From assembly GCF_006345805.1 (NCBI RefSeq), contig NC_043001.1, positions 93,372,001 to 93,436,000 of the forward strand: a stretch of 64,000 nucleotides of DNA, written 5' to 3'. This document shows positions 24,392 to 38,082 of the stretch, piece after piece. Under the pieces are notes generated by a model that made no database searches, was not told the origin of the DNA, and saw nothing but the letters and a program-made list of their open reading frames with translations. The first letter of the stretch is position 1. Each line of letters begins with the position of its first letter. The DNA comes from Octopus sinensis (lineage: Eukaryota). The position numbers and the translations under genes were made by a program.

Positions 24392-24934
24392 CTGTACCGT
24401 ATACAATTATACATTTCTTGTAGTGCGTTTCTTAAGTAGAAAGAAACTAAAATATAATACTTATATATTAGTGTATTGCATTTAATGTGTCGGCCAGCCA
24501 TCAACGTGTAGTACAATGTAGGCTTGGAAGTACACAACAACAACAGAGTGTCCATGAGATATTTTATTTGGATTATCCATCTTTTCTTGTTTTCGATGTT
24601 ATTAACTTTTTCCTCTTTGAAACTTTCCTTCTTACGCTATGCCTTGTAACCCTAGTACTATCCAGTCTCAGTTAAATGTGCGCAAACGGTCAGCAATTAA
24701 GAGGGATGACATTTTCGTACATCTAAGAGAGGAATATCTATAACAGACTGCAGAATCAAGTGCTTGCCGTCAATATTAAACTAAAGATTCATAGACTTTT
24801 GGAAATCTGCAATAACTATCACGCTAGATAAAGAACCAATCTTCGAGATAACATTTGCAGAAACTCTAGCATCTCTCACCACTCCCACCGGTGCAAACAC
24901 CAACACCACCACTACAACCGCCTCCACCGCCGCC

Positions 24935-25020
24935 ACCAAAACCGAGTACTTCGGTGCAAGATCGAACTAGAAACCCCATGGTTGTGAAGTGAGCTTCTTA
25001 ACTACAGAACCACGAATAGC
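24935..25020 (-). mobile_element. Degenerate SINE head fragment (family A-like)
   Basis: Minus strand GTGGTTCTGTAGTTAAGAAGCTCACTTCACAACCATGGGGTTTCTAGTTCGATC resembles the family A head with a B-box. Confidence 0.4.
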
Positions 25021-26263
25021 TGCTTTATACCTTAGCCATTTAACTATTTCGTAAACACTTTACAGATATTTAAATTCGTTAAGTTTACAGTGCTGCAAAT
25101 TAGATCCAGAAAATTATATTTGCTTTTCAGAAGTAGAAAGCTGTTTTCGTTGAGAGTTCTCTTCAAATAATTTTAACTGTGATATTATATGACACGTACG
25201 TTATTGACTCGACGATATTTACCTTCAACAATTATCCATTCTAGAAGCCATTCGAAACAGAGTCGATTAACATCCATGATATAAAATAAAATCAAGTTAG
25301 GAAGCCATCTATAGATGTAGTTCTAAAAGCATACATATTCACATTTCGACAGGAGAGATGGAATATACCATGCTCTCTCTGAGAAGTAAATTTACGACGA
25401 ATGAGTTTTATTTCTCAATTGTAATTATTTCCGCTTATATACATCCCTAAACGTGTGAAAATTCTGGCATCTCATTACACAAACTTTAGGGGGTAGAGAT
25501 ATGTGGGTTTTATAAGTTGTTAAAAATGAATTTTCTAGATAATTCCTTGTAAGAAAAGGTAATAATAATGTTGTGAAGTCGGTTGCTTTCTAAGAGCAAG
25601 AGACGCACCTGACTCACAGTTATAATTCGAAACTTAAACCGAAGTCATGTACGCCAAAAGGTACTCCTTCCATCAATTCTTTTTTCAACTGAAGTTATAT
25701 TCTTCCTGAAGAATTAATTTTAACGAAATTTTGTTGAAAATAGAAAGAAAAAACAAGAAAATCAAAAATGTTCAAATATACTTTTGAGCAATTGAAATAA
25801 ATCTTAATTACATGTTGTTTGAGATATTTAGATATTTTTTTTTCAATTTGTCTCGAATTCAATTACCCAAGAACCAAACGGTAAACGCACAAAAAGACAA
25901 GAACAAATATATAACATAAAATATATATATTCTACATTCCCAGGTAGACATGCGTCTTACACATTTTCCCCAACAGTATTTACTTTATAGAGAATCTTTT
26001 TAAATACATGCCAATATTTTAAATCTATTTCTACCCAATAAAGTTGGCTATCAGTACCGACATATCAGTCCATTCCACTTAACTAACGCGGGTTACTTTT
26101 AATATGGAAATTCTAATATTATTAATAGTAATAATACCGCAAATAATAATTATATAAAAAACTAATAACAGTAAGAAGTTAATATAAAAACGGATACAAA
26201 ACTATAATTTGCAACAAGCACAAACTGAAAACAACAACGAGAACAACAACAGCAGCAACAATT

Positions 26264-26302
<39 letters not shown>

Positions 26303-26999
26303 TAATAATAATAATAATAAAGAGATAATTGATAAAATCCAAATAAAAGTTATTCAGTAATTAGAATTAGATTGAATAACATGCAGAATTTTATTTTTGT
26401 ATTTAAAAAAATACTCGATATCGATTTTGGAAGTTCTATTGTTTTGGAGATTAATGTAAAAAGAAAATGACGACAACGAAAATAAAAATGGAAAACAAAA
26501 TGGCGAACTAAAATGCCGCAGCCCAACTGACACTATCCCCAGCACTCCTTTATTATTACTACGACAACCCTTTATCAACTAGTAACTCAACTAATACTTT
26601 CAATATGAAGACTCAAGAAAGAACAGCAAGAAATGAAAGAATAACAAAGCTATTGACATCGATACTTAAAAAAAAAAGAAGACGGAAACGACGAAGACAT
26701 CAGTAACAGCTCTGACAAAGAGTTAAGGAACAAAAAATATCAGAAAGCAAGAAATAAAACAGAACTAGTTAATCATATAACTGCAATCTGAAACCAGTAG
26801 ATTCAAAAGTTATTTATAATTGAATTTGTTCGTTTAAGAACAGTTTTAATTTATCGTAAAAAAAAAATTCTGTCAATATAAAAGAGGAATTTTTTTTTTT
26901 GTACTAAGTAGACATGTATTGGATGAACAAATACAAAAGTCAAATAAACTTGCAGCTGGCTCAACAATGTCATACGTATATTATGAACCATTGAATGAA

Positions 27000-27086
<87 letters not shown>

Positions 27087-27175
27087 CTATATATATATAT
27101 ATCTACCTATCTCTCTCTCTATCCATTTATCTATCTGTCTCTCTGTCTGTTTATCTGTGTGTCTGTCTGTCTAAA
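27000..27175. repeat. (TCTG)n/(TCTA)n array
   Basis: Directly visible. Confidence 0.92.
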
Positions 27176-27240
27176 TAGTTAAAAAAGAGGTAAGTTCTTT
27201 TGCTTAGACCTAAAGTGTATGCAATATATATATATAACTG

Positions 27241-27498
27241 ACTGGCACTCCGTCGGTTACAACGATGAGGGGTTTAGTTGATGATCCGATCAATTGAACA
27301 ATCTGCTCGTGAAAATAACGTGCAGGCGACTGAGCGTATCCTTTGAATTACAGGAAATACACTTTTTGCCACCAGCTCAGTGAACTGGAGCAACGTGAAA
27401 TAAAGTGTCTTGCTCAAGGACACAACACACCGGCGGAAGTCGAACTCACGACTTTACGATGATTAGTCGAATACCGCAACCAGTAAGCCACGTGCTTC
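27241..27498 (-). mobile_element. tRNA-derived SINE, family C
   Basis: Minus strand has A-box-like GTGGCTTACTGGTT, B-box GAGTTCGACTTCC and GTGTCCTTGAGCAAGACACTT (CORE/V-type box). Related copies at 42270-42475 and 56270-56545. Confidence 0.75.
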
Positions 27499-28089
27499 TT
27501 GTAAAAGAGCGGCTCTGAACCAAAATCGGATTCAGTAGTGGGTTTGATATCCCATTCCGATATTCTTTGAAGTCCGTCCCATGGGGTGGGCAAACTCGGA
27601 ATAGAATAGTGAGTTGAACTCAAGGCTAATAATAGAAATAATAATAATAAACGGAAAACAGGTGTGGTATTCAAAGCATGATAGGACGTGTAAAATGCTG
27701 AAATAGTTTAACAGCAGTTATAGATGCATGCGTGTTAGCATGTGTGTGTATGTGCATGTAAGTGTATGTAGATATGAGTATATATGAATTTATGCATGTA
27801 TGTATGTGAGTGTGGGTATTTCAAACTCATGTTAAAACACGACATTGTTGGAATTTGATATTTTAAAATTTAATCTTGATCATATTTCTTGGTTATTATT
27901 TTAAGATTGGTTTAGAACCATACCTTTTGGAAATGCATGCGTTTTTATTTTCAAGATCTCCTAGAGAGTAAGATTTGAAAGACTGGAAAGCTATACTACT
28001 TTTACAGCAAATAAAGGTCGAAATATCACACAGAAAACGAACCAGAGATATTTTCTGATATTTTAACCTTGAAATTAGAAGCTTAAAGG

Positions 28090-28090
28090 T

Positions 28091-28135
<45 letters not shown>

Positions 28136-28183
28136 AACAACTACTACTACTACTACTGCCACCACCACCACCACCACCACCAC
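28090..28183. repeat. (TAC)n(CAC)n microsatellite
   Basis: Directly visible. Confidence 0.92.
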
Positions 28184-28339
28184 AAACAGTTTACTGCTTT
28201 CACAAAGGTCGATAAGTGGCTACGGTTAACGTAGTTGAGCAAGAGGCCGCAATAAAGGAATGAACCCAGGAACACGTGGTTGCGAACTTTGTTATGGAAC
28301 AGCTATACCTGCATACGAGCACAAACATGACTGTGCCGA

Positions 28340-28409
<70 letters not shown>

Positions 28410-28596
28410 CCTACCTACCTACCTACCTACCTACCTACCTACCTACCTACCTACCTACCTACCAACCAACCTACCTACCTACCTGCCTACCTACCTACCT
28501 ATCTTCCTACGTACATACCAACCAACCTACCTCTATCTACCTACCTATCTACCTACCTACCTACCTACCTACCTACCTACCTACCTACCTACCTAC

Positions 28597-28632
<36 letters not shown>

Positions 28633-28635
28633 TTT

Positions 28636-28672
<37 letters not shown>

Positions 28673-28719
28673 ATGTAAGTGTGTACATACATACATACAT
28701 ACATACATACATACATACA

Positions 28720-28750
<31 letters not shown>
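28340..28750. repeat. (TATC)n/(TACC)n/(TACA)n compound array
   Basis: Directly visible. Confidence 0.93.
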
Positions 28751-28754
<4 letters not shown>

Positions 28755-29311
28755 GTGTGTGTATATATATATCTTATACAAATCTGTTTATGATGTGCTT
28801 GGATGTGGATCCGCGCACCAAGATTATTTTTCCTCTCTGATTGAAAGCATCAATGGCTTGAAACATTGCAGAAAATCTTCAGAAAGAGTGTGTTTTTTTT
28901 CAAAATTCTTTGAAAACACGCTTGCAGTTATTTCTTTCGGAACACTTTAATAAATTTCGCTCGACCTGCTAAGGTTGTAGCTGAATTGCTACCACTTCAA
29001 ACACTTACTATAGGGAGCACTTTTATATTTGCGTAAGAAAAAACACAAAATATCAACAATTCAATAACACGAAACAGAAACAAAATCAAAAATCAAAAAA
29101 GTAGAAGCAAAAGCATACCATAAAATTTAACATATTTCTTTTCCCTCTCTCTATTTGTGATTCTGTACATACGTACGTACATGAGCAAATACATAATTAT
29201 GTATGTATTTGTGTATGCATGCACACACACACACACTCATGTATATACGCACACATACATAGATATATATGTGTGTATTTATGAGTAGACGCTCACACAC
29301 AAGTATATATA

Positions 29312-29378
<67 letters not shown>

Positions 29379-29450
29379 GAGAGGGATGGTAAGATCGATA
29401 GTCAGTGAGATGACGTCAAGACTTCAAGAAAAAACAATGCCTTCAGATAC

Positions 29451-29870
29451 TGGTTTCAAATTTTGGCACAAGGCCAGCAATTTCGGGAGAACTGTTAAGC
29501 CAATATCATCCCTCCCAGTGTTCAACACGTATTTATATTATCGACCTCGAAAAGATGAAAGACAAAGTTGACCTTGGCAGAGTTTGAACTCAGAATTCAA
29601 AGACGAACGAATGCAGCTTGGTATTTTGGTCAGCATATTAACGGTTCCACCAGCTCACCGACTTCTTTTGTACTCTAGGCCCGAAATTTTTGGGGAGTGG
29701 GGCTGTCGCTTAGAGCAACCCAAATACGCAACTGATACTTAATTCATCGACACCGAAAGGATGAAAGGTAAAGTCGAACTTGGCGGAATTTAAACTCAGA
29801 ACGTAAAGACAGACGAAAAACCACAAAGCGTTTCGCTCGGTGTGCTAACGATCCTACCTGCTCACCGTCT
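29451..29870 (-). mobile_element. Two adjacent diverged SINE family B copies (29663-29870 with tail 2; 29451-29661 with tail 3)
   Basis: Both carry the reverse complement of the family B head and core. Tails are AAATTTCGGGCCTAGAGTACAAAAG and AAATTGCTGGCCTTGTGCCAAAATTTGAAACC. Confidence 0.8.
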
Positions 29871-30284
29871 TCTACTACCTTGAGATATCGCTTCCAGTTA
29901 TTTATACGCTCAAAGTTCATACCCCGCCGAGATTAACTTTGCTTTCCTTTTATCCAGGGTAAATGAAATAAAGTATCAGTTATGTATTTCAGTCAATCTA
30001 ATCAACAACCACAAAAAAGAAAAGAAAGAGGAAAAATGCTGTCCTTCAACTACAATAAGTAAATCATATAAATATATACTCAACTACACTTAAATTTCTC
30101 ACAATTACTCATCTCTTTCCCTCTCATTCTCTATCTTTTCCCCTCTCTCTCTCTTCTTACTCTCGTTATTTTTACATCTGACGTAACCTGATGTCATTAA
30201 ATATGCGATCCCAAATAGGAAAGTCAGTTGCGTAAGAGTTGATGTAGGCCGATATACATATATCGTATATATATATATATATAT

Positions 30285-30457
30285 AGTGCAGGAGTGGCTT
30301 TGTGGTAAGTAGCTTGCTAACCAACCACAGGGTTCCGGGTTCAGTCCCACTGCGTGGCATCTTGGTCAAGTGTCTTCTGCTATAGCCCCGGGCCAACCAA
30401 TGCCTTGTGAGTGGATTTGGTAGAGGGAAACTGAAAGAAGCCTGTCGTATATATGTT

Positions 30458-30488
<31 letters not shown>

Positions 30489-30705
30489 TTGTGTGTCTGT
30501 GTTTGTCCCCCTAGCATTGCCTGACAACCGATGGTGGTGTGTTTGCGTCCCCGTTACTTAGCGGTTCGACAAAAGAGACCGATAGAATAAGTACTGGGCT
30601 TACAAAAGAATAAGTACCGGGGTCGATTTGCTCGACTAAAGGCGGTGCACCAGCATGGCCGCAGTCAAATGACTGAAACAAGTAAAAGAGTAAAAGAGTA
30701 AAGAG
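30285..30705 (+). mobile_element. tRNA-derived SINE, family A, full length with internal (TA)/(TG) repeat
   Basis: Head GCAGGAGTGGC-TGTGGTAAG, GGTTCAGTCCC B-box-like motif, CATCTTGG-CAAGTG CORE-like box, tail ACTGAAACAAGTAAAAGAG repeats. Four copies in the window. Confidence 0.9.
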
Positions 30706-30746
30706 TATATCAGCGCTTATGTAACTGACACACATATATATGTATG

Positions 30747-30786
<40 letters not shown>

Positions 30787-30792
30787 ATCTCT

Positions 30793-30850
<58 letters not shown>

Positions 30851-31804
30851 CACACATGCATATACATACACAAACACATACGCACACATATATGCACAAA
30901 CATGCATATACATGGATATATATCGTATATTCGTTCGCTTTGTTCATTCTAAACGACCTTTTCAATTCTCGAATGTATCACATAAAAATCACCGACCAGT
31001 CAAGTGTTATATCAATCTCATTCCAAATTCAACACTTCGAATTTAAACTTACCTCGATATCTTATTATAATTTTACTTTTAGCGAATCCCTATAGCAAAC
31101 CAATAAAACTGTTTCCCTTGAAGCGCGCTCACACAACCACACATACGGACAGAAAGAAAAAAAGAAAAAAACGCTTTTTAAGTTGTCATTTTTATCACTT
31201 ATCATTTCGCTTGTGACGTGAATTATCGAATTCTGCCTTGAGAATTTTAAATCATATGACACACATGCGTTTCACATGGGTAATAGCTACGCAGCTGAAG
31301 TGAGATGGCAAAAACGGGAGATTGATATAGCTTTCTAGAACTAGCTCCACACAGTGCTCACCTCACTGTCTTAAATTATCGATAACTTTCTTCTTTTATC
31401 AGCCAGCTGATAACGTGACAAAATCGGTTTGTGTAAAATCCTCACAACATCAAACCAAATGAAATTTCTAGCCTCCTTTCATCTACAAAGAAGGTAGAAT
31501 ATCTACGGCAAAAATACAAACGATCGATTTTGCCGTTTCTATAAGATGATAGATATATTACCTGACCGCCAACTGTAACTTAATAATTTTTCAGATACCA
31601 CTGTGTTATAATAGCTAACTTGAGCTGGTAAGGGAGATAACTAAAATTTACCTATCTCGCTTCTGTAAATCTAACGCAATTCCAAAATTTACTGTTGAGT
31701 TGAAAATGGCGTCACAAATAACGACTCGAAATTATCTTAACACGATCTCTCTTACCTTTTCTTTACCTGTCTCACTTCTCTCTTTACATTCATAAATATA
31801 AATA

Positions 31805-31812
31805 TACACACA

Positions 31813-31843
<31 letters not shown>

Positions 31844-31892
31844 CACCACACACACACACATATATATATATATAATATATATATATATACAT

Positions 31893-31927
<35 letters not shown>

Positions 31928-32055
31928 CATATATACATACATACATACATATATACATACATACATATATACATACATACATATATACATACATACATAC
32001 TATATACATACATATATACATACATACATATATACATACATACATATATACATAC

Positions 32056-32100
<45 letters not shown>

Positions 32101-32150
32101 CACACACATATATATATATATATGTATATTTATATATTTATTATATATAT
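31805..32150. repeat. Compound (CA)n/(TA)n/(TACA)n array
   Basis: Directly visible. Confidence 0.92.
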
Positions 32151-33573
32151 TTGTTTATGTGCATGTTTATGTGTACATATACACATATTTACAAATATGA
32201 AATGCAGTGTAGACAACACTGCAAGGACTATCGTGAATACCGGATTTAAACCGCTTGGATATAAAAATGTCGAAGGATTTTGATATGTATGCATGTATGT
32301 ATATTTGTGTGTGTATGTGTGTGTGTGTGTGTGTGCTTTTGAGTACATGTATTCATATATATTTGTATATGTAATGCTGTCTTTGTTTTGATTTACTTCG
32401 GTACATGAACCCGCACCTGAAGACTCTACGTAATACGAATAGAAAAAGAAAATATAGCACAATATATAGGAATAAAAATCATTGTACTATGTAACATACT
32501 GCGTGCGTGTCTGTATGTGTTTACGAGTTTGTGTATGTGCATATGATTATGTTTTTTTTTGTAGCAGTGTCACGGTGATTATTTTGCGTAGTCCTCTTTG
32601 CTTGGGATCCTGACTTGGCTAAAAAGCAGTCTTACTTGACCTCTATGCCACGCGCCTTATACATATAGATCTGTATTATCTAATTTATTTATATGATATA
32701 GAGAAATACATTATGTAATTTATCCTATTCATAGAGTGTAGGAGGCTCTGAATAGAGGTAGAACCTTAGATGTCTTGCAGCTGCACATTGCCAGGCGTGG
32801 ATAAGTGAATAGGCATCAGTGCTCCTCATTTAACTCCTAATTTCTCACTTGATAGCTCCTAGCACCATACCTTAGCAATCCATTTCAGTTGGTGGGCTAA
32901 ACCAAGTGAGGGCATGGTGTCAAAACTGCATTTATAAACGAAGGACTCCGGATAAAGCTTCCTAAGGAATCACCGGCCAAGTCAAAATCCTATCGCTCGG
33001 GGCCAAGGCGTTTCAGATAGAGGCATACACCTAAGAGTGTATTTGTTGCATTACCAACGATTGTCAATACTGTCACTAATGTAATATAATCACAAGAGAT
33101 TTTACATATTTCTGAAGATTTGACAATGCTGTTGGTTTATACAATTTAAATTAGATTACTGATGCTCCTTCTTTGTTAATGAAATGCACGAAAGATGATG
33201 TGGCTAAATATTTGATAAAAATCTCTCATATTTTGATTTCTGTATTTTCAATTTACGTTTTTGAATAACATGCACATTGTATTATGTAATATGTAATTGT
33301 AACTATGTACGTGTGTACTGACTGTATTTTGTTTAGGTATGAGGTTATGTTGTTATATTCAAATTATAGAAAGTTGTCAAGGAATTTTCTTTGCAGAAGT
33401 AAGAGGAATGAGGCAGGTGATATCTAGATACAAGCTATGAAATGTATCGTGATGTGAAAGATTATACAGAAGTCATTATACAAACTAGATATGTGGCCTG
33501 TATAATACAATCCAGTAGATTTGATTCATTTCTATAATCAAAGTTTTGATATAAATTTCTTTTCCTTACCTAG

Positions 33574-33630
33574 GTGAACTGAGTAAGAAGGAACAATGTA
33601 TAGAGACGAATGACACCAGTGACTTCCAAT
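33574..33630 (+). other. Candidate 57-nt symmetric (phase 1-1) exon
   Basis: Acceptor TTTCTTTTCCTTACCTAG, donor T/GTATGT, open frame ELSKKEQCIETNDTSDFQ. No recognisable homology. Confidence 0.25.
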
Positions 33631-33906
33631 GTATGTGAACTTATAACATACGAATTTATGATACATATTTTTTCAGATAATTTCGCTTTTACATGTTCAA
33701 CATGGAGGTACTCATTTACATCTCAAGAATAAACTATTTAACTGTTTCTTTGTTAAAATTTTAGTTTCTATAAAATAGATATAATATTAGTAATGTATTA
33801 TTTTTGTATTCCATTACATGTTACAAAATAATATGTTACCACAATAACTGGCTGACAAAATATCAGGGTAGCCAAGTACAATGGATAATTTTCTCAATTA
33901 TATATA

Positions 33907-33941
<35 letters not shown>

Positions 33942-34345
33942 CGCGTGTGTGTGCGTATGCGCATGTGTGTATAATGTATGAATAATAGATTTTCTTTGTT
34001 AAAGAAAACATTGTGCTTTAACGTAGGATTATTGGAAAATAATACGATGCTTTCGAATTTGTGTATGTATGAATGTAAATACATACATACACACACACAC
34101 GTATATATATACATATATGTATATGAAAAGTTTATATCAATATGTGACAACTAAATTTGAACAACACAAACAGAAATAAAATACCAAAATTAGCTCTGAA
34201 TGTAAAGCACAAACGAAACAAAGAAAAACTATTCAGCCTTTTCCCTATACTGAAAATATATTTGATTACGCATACACATGTACACGTGCACACACATGCA
34301 CACTCACACACACACATGCACACTCACACACACACATGCACACAA

Positions 34346-34383
<38 letters not shown>

Positions 34384-35479
34384 GAAGGCTGTTGGCATCA
34401 TAACTCCATCGCCATACTCCTAATCACTACTATCAACAACAACTATAATAGTAATAATAATATGCTCAAATCGTAGCGTATACTCTCATGTTTGTGCGTC
34501 CTATTATCCACTGCTGTAGCAGTAGATGTCGAAATAAAATGATCGATAACTATTGTTGACATTATCCATCCATCAATTTAGTTGTCGAAATATCTATTAG
34601 CTAAATCATAGCCGCCATTTTCTACCCCGGCACCGCTGTTGCTTCATGAGTAAATGATATGACACTTTTCGTTCTTACTTTTTACTATTTTTTCCCATTA
34701 CTACCTGTAAATCTAACTATCTATTTCTCTATCTGCTATTTCCCTCCCTATTTCATTTTAAAATTTTACCTATATAATTACGAAGGTGCAAGAGTTAACC
34801 ACATTTCAGAAGATATTCAGAAAGACTGATATAAATCTCCAGCTTTTATGTTTCTTTTGTTTATCTCTATTAATTCTACGTTCATATATATTTTCTTTAG
34901 ATTTATTCCAGGCATGATACGTGAATATCATGTATAAACTACCGTGGGATGACAATTTACTGCTTTACGTACGTGCTGTAACAGTGTATACACTTCCTTA
35001 ATCTTGCATTGTTTATATTATCTTTTATATGCTTTAATTCTAATATAAAAGGAGTGACATGCTCCAACATTCATTATCTTAGCTTACATATATTGTCATT
35101 CATTCATTAGTGAGTGCATCCAGTCATTAATCCGTTCCTTATTTCATTTAGTTGTTTACTATTTTTTTAACCCTTGGTCAACCTTGACATATGGTCAAGG
35201 ACACTTCAGCTGCGACTATCCATCTTTTTCAGACAGAGTACTTCCATTCAATGTGACCTTCCTTTTTAAAAGCATTTCTCTATGCTTTGAGAGATATTTG
35301 TTTGAAATTTCTCCTAGGCTGGGCATTCATTCAGTTGCTGCTTCGTTAGGTTGTTTGAGTGAGACTCTGAACTATTTGCTTTTGTGTCGTAATATATCAA
35401 TTACTTTCATCGGGAACCTATATCATGTAATAATACGAGATCTGATGGTTACAGAATTATCACAAAATGGCTGGCTGGA

Positions 35480-36110
35480 TATAATGTTCTCATTTCGAGG
35501 GAACACGAGAAATTTTATTTACAACCTCGTTCTGGATGCAATAATACGCATCTCGCAAATATTTCAAGTCCTAAATTGCGAGGAGATTGAGATATACAGG
35601 GATAAGTGGAGATAAGGAAGAGAGTGGTATGGATTTTAGGAATAATTTACCGATACATCAATCTATGAATAAATTCACCCAATGTTGTTCTTTACAAATT
35701 GGCTGCTATTTATTATTTACACTACATGGAAACAGAAAGAGAAACAAACCAGTAATATTGAATAAAATACAACTGAAGAGACAGACTCCATATATATTTT
35801 GAAGCTACAAAGCAGACAGATTATTGTTTGAAGAAATGTATTTTCAAAATTATAATCCAATAAGTTTTACTACAGCATACCTCCTGCAAAGTACTGGCTT
35901 GACAGTTTAAATAACCTGGCTGGCTACCAGATAAAATATCGGTACACCATAAGAAATATTGTACAAAATGAAGAAATAAAGTCCATTGACAACTGTAAAC
36001 AGTTGGTTTCTTGTCGGTTTGACGAATGTTCCTTTAACTTGCAGTGAATAATTCAAAACCTCTTGTTCACATGAACCATAAATACAACCAAAAGTTCCAC
36101 TGTCATATTT
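35480..36110 (-). mobile_element. Highly decayed LINE reverse transcriptase relic (CR1/L2/Jockey-like)
   Basis: Minus translation TRNQLFTVVNG...ISYGVP (R-Q-V-VNG...GVP), later YFAGG (YADD-like), LQNI...ILFN and RNLG in shifting frames. Confidence 0.4.
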
Positions 36111-37486
36111 CAAATAATCCTGTCACCACAAACCTCAAATCTCGGACAAGAAGTGAATAGATAAATGCACACACCCTGATTAAATTCAATAACAATTTGT
36201 AGATACAACGCTTACTGTTCACTATCGAATTCTACTTCCTTCCAGTAATATGATGATCGGCTCCGAACAGTCAGTCAGACAGTCATATTTACAACAAGTA
36301 ATAATGTTGAATACTAGAAAACATTTTGGTATTTTCAACCAATCAATCCAACGCCAGTAATTATTCATTGTAATACAAATACAGACATAGCCGATATGCA
36401 AGCAACAGAACATCGGCTGCTGATAACGATCAAACATCTATAGAATGTATACATCATTCTCCATAATATTATACTACCCACCCAACTACCTATCCATCTA
36501 TTCTCTTGTTTATAGTGCCCGGCAGTATACGTACACACATACGTATACACACACACACACGCATACACAAATTCGTGCGCGTACAAACAGAAACATAAAA
36601 TCGCGCGCACACACATACACACATACACACTCACACAAAGACATACACAGATATATATATATATATATTATATATATATATATAATATATATATATATAA
36701 TACGCTTCTCTCTCCGTTCATTCATCCATAATGGATGAAATGTCTCTGGACAATAGATATTTATCCACACGAGCACATGTTTTATATATTTACCATTAAA
36801 CTTTAGTTCAAAAAGAATTGATACATTGTTCGGCCGCCATTTTTTTCCGTTGCTATTTGGTACCCTTAGGAATCGTAACTTACAAAATACAAGTCTACGA
36901 GAGATTTCTTTGATCATGTATTATCTTTCATCTAATTGGCCCTGCTCTGGACAGAAATTCTGTTGTGGGACGTAACCTATTTAAAAGATAAATGGTCCAA
37001 ATTCTATTGAAAACAAGGCTAAATGAAAAAATATTACCAGAGCAATAAATGGCCGCCATGTTTTCATGTAAAACTATAGAAACCCGGTGTTTTGTTAGAC
37101 GTTGAATGTAGTATTTAGCATAGAGATAACAGTTGAGTAGACAGAGCATTGATTGATTTCAATAGCTTGTGCCGATTGGTTGTTGATGAATAAGTGATGC
37201 GTTAGTAATCAAAGGAAATATTAACAGCAGACAATCAACTCGTAATTCAAATATGCACGAGACACAACATAATATTATATACATACATTTTCAAATATGC
37301 ATACGTGGACATAAACAAACACATAAATATATGCACACCCAAGTGACAGGAATTTACATACACACACACGAGTACATACACAAGCACACTCACATATACG
37401 CATATACACACACATAGCACCATACACTGTATATATATATATATATAAATGCGTGGTGGGTGTATGTCTCAATGAATTTGTCAATG

Positions 37487-37550
<64 letters not shown>

Positions 37551-38042
37551 AAATTACACACTAAATACTAAAACACATATAAAAGGTTTCAAAATATTGG
37601 GAATTATACACACACACACACAAGCACATTCACACAGGCATACACTTAGATACAAAAACGTCACAACACACCCACTCGCACACCTACACGTACATATTCA
37701 CAGATTATTCATAAAACGGGAATATTAAGGCCGTAAAAATATGAAGAATGGAGCTGAAATATTGCAGTAAAATATGTAAATTTTCTGACAACAATTTATT
37801 GCCGATAATATCTTGACAAAATTACATGGATGGAATACCCATTTTAATTCATTTATTTTTCCAGCATAATTTATGCTGCTTTGCACAATAAACAATAACT
37901 ATTAAAATACACTGAAAGAAAGAACAAAGCAAAAAATTATATCCATACTCACAAACCTAAATACTGAATATGTGTATACATACAGAAAAACTAAAAGAAA
38001 AAAATGGCCGCAGAGAATATCCAATAAATATCAAGCTAATAT

Positions 38043-38082
<40 letters not shown>

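Noticed and set aside
31595-31627. 33-nt candidate microexon (TTTTTCAG...CTG/GTAAGG)
   Set aside because: Splice signals are good, but it is isolated and too short to assess.
35184-35615. 143-aa non-repetitive plus-strand ORF
   Set aside because: No recognisable domain; it partly overlaps antisense to a probable RT relic, which explains the complexity.
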